A stretch of 64,000 nt of DNA, taken from the NCBI GenBank assembly GCA_004431415.1, contig QPMI01000477.1:434001-498000 (forward strand), written 5' to 3'. This DNA is from Cyanophora paradoxa CCMP329. Taxonomy: Eukaryota; Plantae; Glaucophyta. Position numbers and translations under genes: made by a program. A model generated the notes under the pieces. That model had not been told where the DNA came from. It ran no database searches and worked only from the letters and a program-made list of their open reading frames with translations. Shown here one piece after another: positions 62,701-64,000 of this stretch (its first letter is position 1; the number at the start of each line of letters is the position of its first letter).

Positions 62701-64000
62701 CGAGCGGGATGGAGCAACCAGCGCCGGCAGCGCAGCCTCGGGGCCGGCCTCCACGATGCATTTGACGAGGCGCACGTCGTCGCTTGGGGCCCCGAGCGCG
62801 AAGCTCGTGCTCCAGACGCACACGCCGTCGTCGCTCTCCTCGCATCCGCTGCCATCAGTGGGCCTCCAGCACAACGAAGACTCGACCGGGGGAACGCCTG
62901 CATGCGCGTTCTCGGCAGAGTACGGATCACAGGCAAATACGCAAGCTCACGCACCAGCAATGTCGACGAGGGCGTCCTGTAAGGTGAAGCTCGCTCCGTC
63001 GGCGCTCAACTGCACAGCGTATGCACCAGCGCTGCTCGCGACCTCCACTACAGCAGCGCCACTGCTCAGAAGCCGCACGTGATATCCGGCGCCCAGGGCC
63101 ACCGTTGCACCAAACCGCGGAACGAGCCGGATCAGCGAGACCGTGCCCGGGAGCATGTCTCGTCCGGAGAGCAACAGCAGCGAGCCCGTTGCCTTGCCGC
63201 CGCCAGCAGACAGAGTGCGTGGCAGCGCGGCCAAGACAGCTGCCGGGCTGTGGAGCGGCACGTCCACGGCTCCGAGCTCCCCAGAGAGGCTCTCGACAAG
63301 ACGGACGTGTGCGACGCCAGCCTCAGCTCCCGCCGGAAGACTGCATCGCACGGCGGAGTTCGACACGAAATCAACGGCGTTGACTGCCGCCGGAGACACA
63401 GGGGCGGCAGCAGCGCGGGCTCCGCCGAACTGGCACCACAGCTGGCCCTGCTCCTGCCGCGCCGCCAGGCCCGCGCCCGCTGCCACCACGAACGGACTGC
63501 TGCTCAGTGCGAGATCATTCGAAATCGGTCTGCTCGCGTGCCAAACCAGGCCGGCGCCGAGCGCTGTCGAGGCCGGTCCTGCGTGCAGAAAACATCAAGT
63601 ATGTAATTGCAACAAAAAGCTCGAATTGCATTGATATTCTGCCCACCTGGCGAGGCGAGAGAGAGGGGCGAAGAAACGAACTCCTCGCCAGCCAGGCCGA
63701 TCTCCAGGAGCGCCGGTGCGGCAGACCCAACAGGCAACGTGGGAAGTAGTGCCGAAAGAGTAACTCCGGACGAGGACGGAATTCGAAGAGCGGTTTCACT
63801 CAATGCCAGAACTAAATCACGGTTGATGCGCCCCACGAGGGATGACGCCATCCTCCCGAATTGATCGGCGGGGAAAGTGACGACAATGGAAGCACCCGCT
63901 GGATCATCGGACGCCATGACCATGGCCGATGCGGACGACAGTCGCAGCTGCAACGGCGACATAACGCTGCCCGGAGTCGCCATGCGTGCTTGATCCATCG
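35765..64000 (-). CDS. Giant receptor-like membrane protein (5' end outside window): IPT/TIG repeat array, Cys-rich CPxG[YF]xC (GCC2/GCC3 / ephrin-receptor-like) repeats, linker ectodomain, multi-pass TM domain, Ser/Arg-rich cytoplasmic tail
   Basis: IPT/TIG units such as VVSLEPKSSFTTGYTPILVRGGNF...LVCQFG...NSSAVVCHAP. The splice at 46310/46242 gives VPLSVS-NNGRQF...FFTYEACPAGSFC, joining the IPT and Cys regions. More than 20 Cys repeats lie at 43170-46200. Hydrophobic helices at 37370-40200 include the WAFSSQYYAIVAL motif. Stop TGA at 35765. Continuity of every upstream splice was not verified. Confidence 0.75.
43170..46200 (-). repeat. Array of Cys-rich repeats within the giant gene
   Basis: CPAGSFC, CPRGHFC, CPPGTYQ, CPAGELC, CPPGFYC, CEAGFYC, CPLQYYC, CNPGTYT, CESGSYC, CPSGSIC, CPAGFQC, CPEGTYS, CPAGLVC, CPAGFYC, CEAGYYC and others. 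Confidence 0.9.
51892..58005. repeat. Intragenic 6.11 kb tandem repeat, copy A
   Basis: accatgccagtg at 51909 = 58023; 57880-57889 = 63991-64000; offset 6114 to 6111; scattered substitutions in both exons and introns. Confidence 0.97.
58006..64000. repeat. Intragenic 6.11 kb tandem repeat, copy B (runs off the window)
   Basis: Near-identical ORF translations (e.g. 53527..54711 vs 59640..60824) with a few amino-acid changes and short indels at about 59040, 61950 and 62395. Confidence 0.97.

Noticed and set aside
1-64000. rRNA, tRNA or intact transposase/reverse transcriptase genes
   Set aside because: No recognisable motifs seen; a covariance-model or HMM scan would be needed to exclude small RNAs formally.

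Overview
GC-rich, intron-dense eukaryotic nuclear DNA with short (about 45-100 nt) introns. It is most consistent with a glaucophyte alga (Cyanophora-like), inferred from a nucleus-encoded cyanobacterial-type sigma-70 factor whose presequence starts MMEAAF and ends VRM-EA. Left part: a near-perfect ~15.3 kb tandem segmental duplication (1-6302 = 15326-21643) carrying a large repetitive type-I surface glycoprotein, a highly divergent PCNA-fold sliding clamp and the plastid sigma factor. The upstream copy breaks inside the sigma gene at 6302/6303, fusing sigma regions 2.3-4.2 in frame to an unrelated acidic/Pro-rich ORF without a transit peptide. Middle: a small type-I membrane protein, a multi-RRM/RS/coiled-coil protein and an SPX-EXS (PHO1/XPR1-type) phosphate exporter. 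Right part: the 3' 28 kb of one giant minus-strand receptor-like gene (IPT/TIG array with a 6.11 kb internal duplication, then Cys-rich CPxG[YF]xC repeats, a multi-pass TM domain and an S/R-rich tail). Other notable signals are frequent GC-AG introns, 6-15 nt micro-exons, and palindrome-rich intergenic DNA with a recurrent TCACTGAGTCA element. All gene models were spliced by eye, so inner exon boundaries and family calls need HMM and RNA-seq confirmation.
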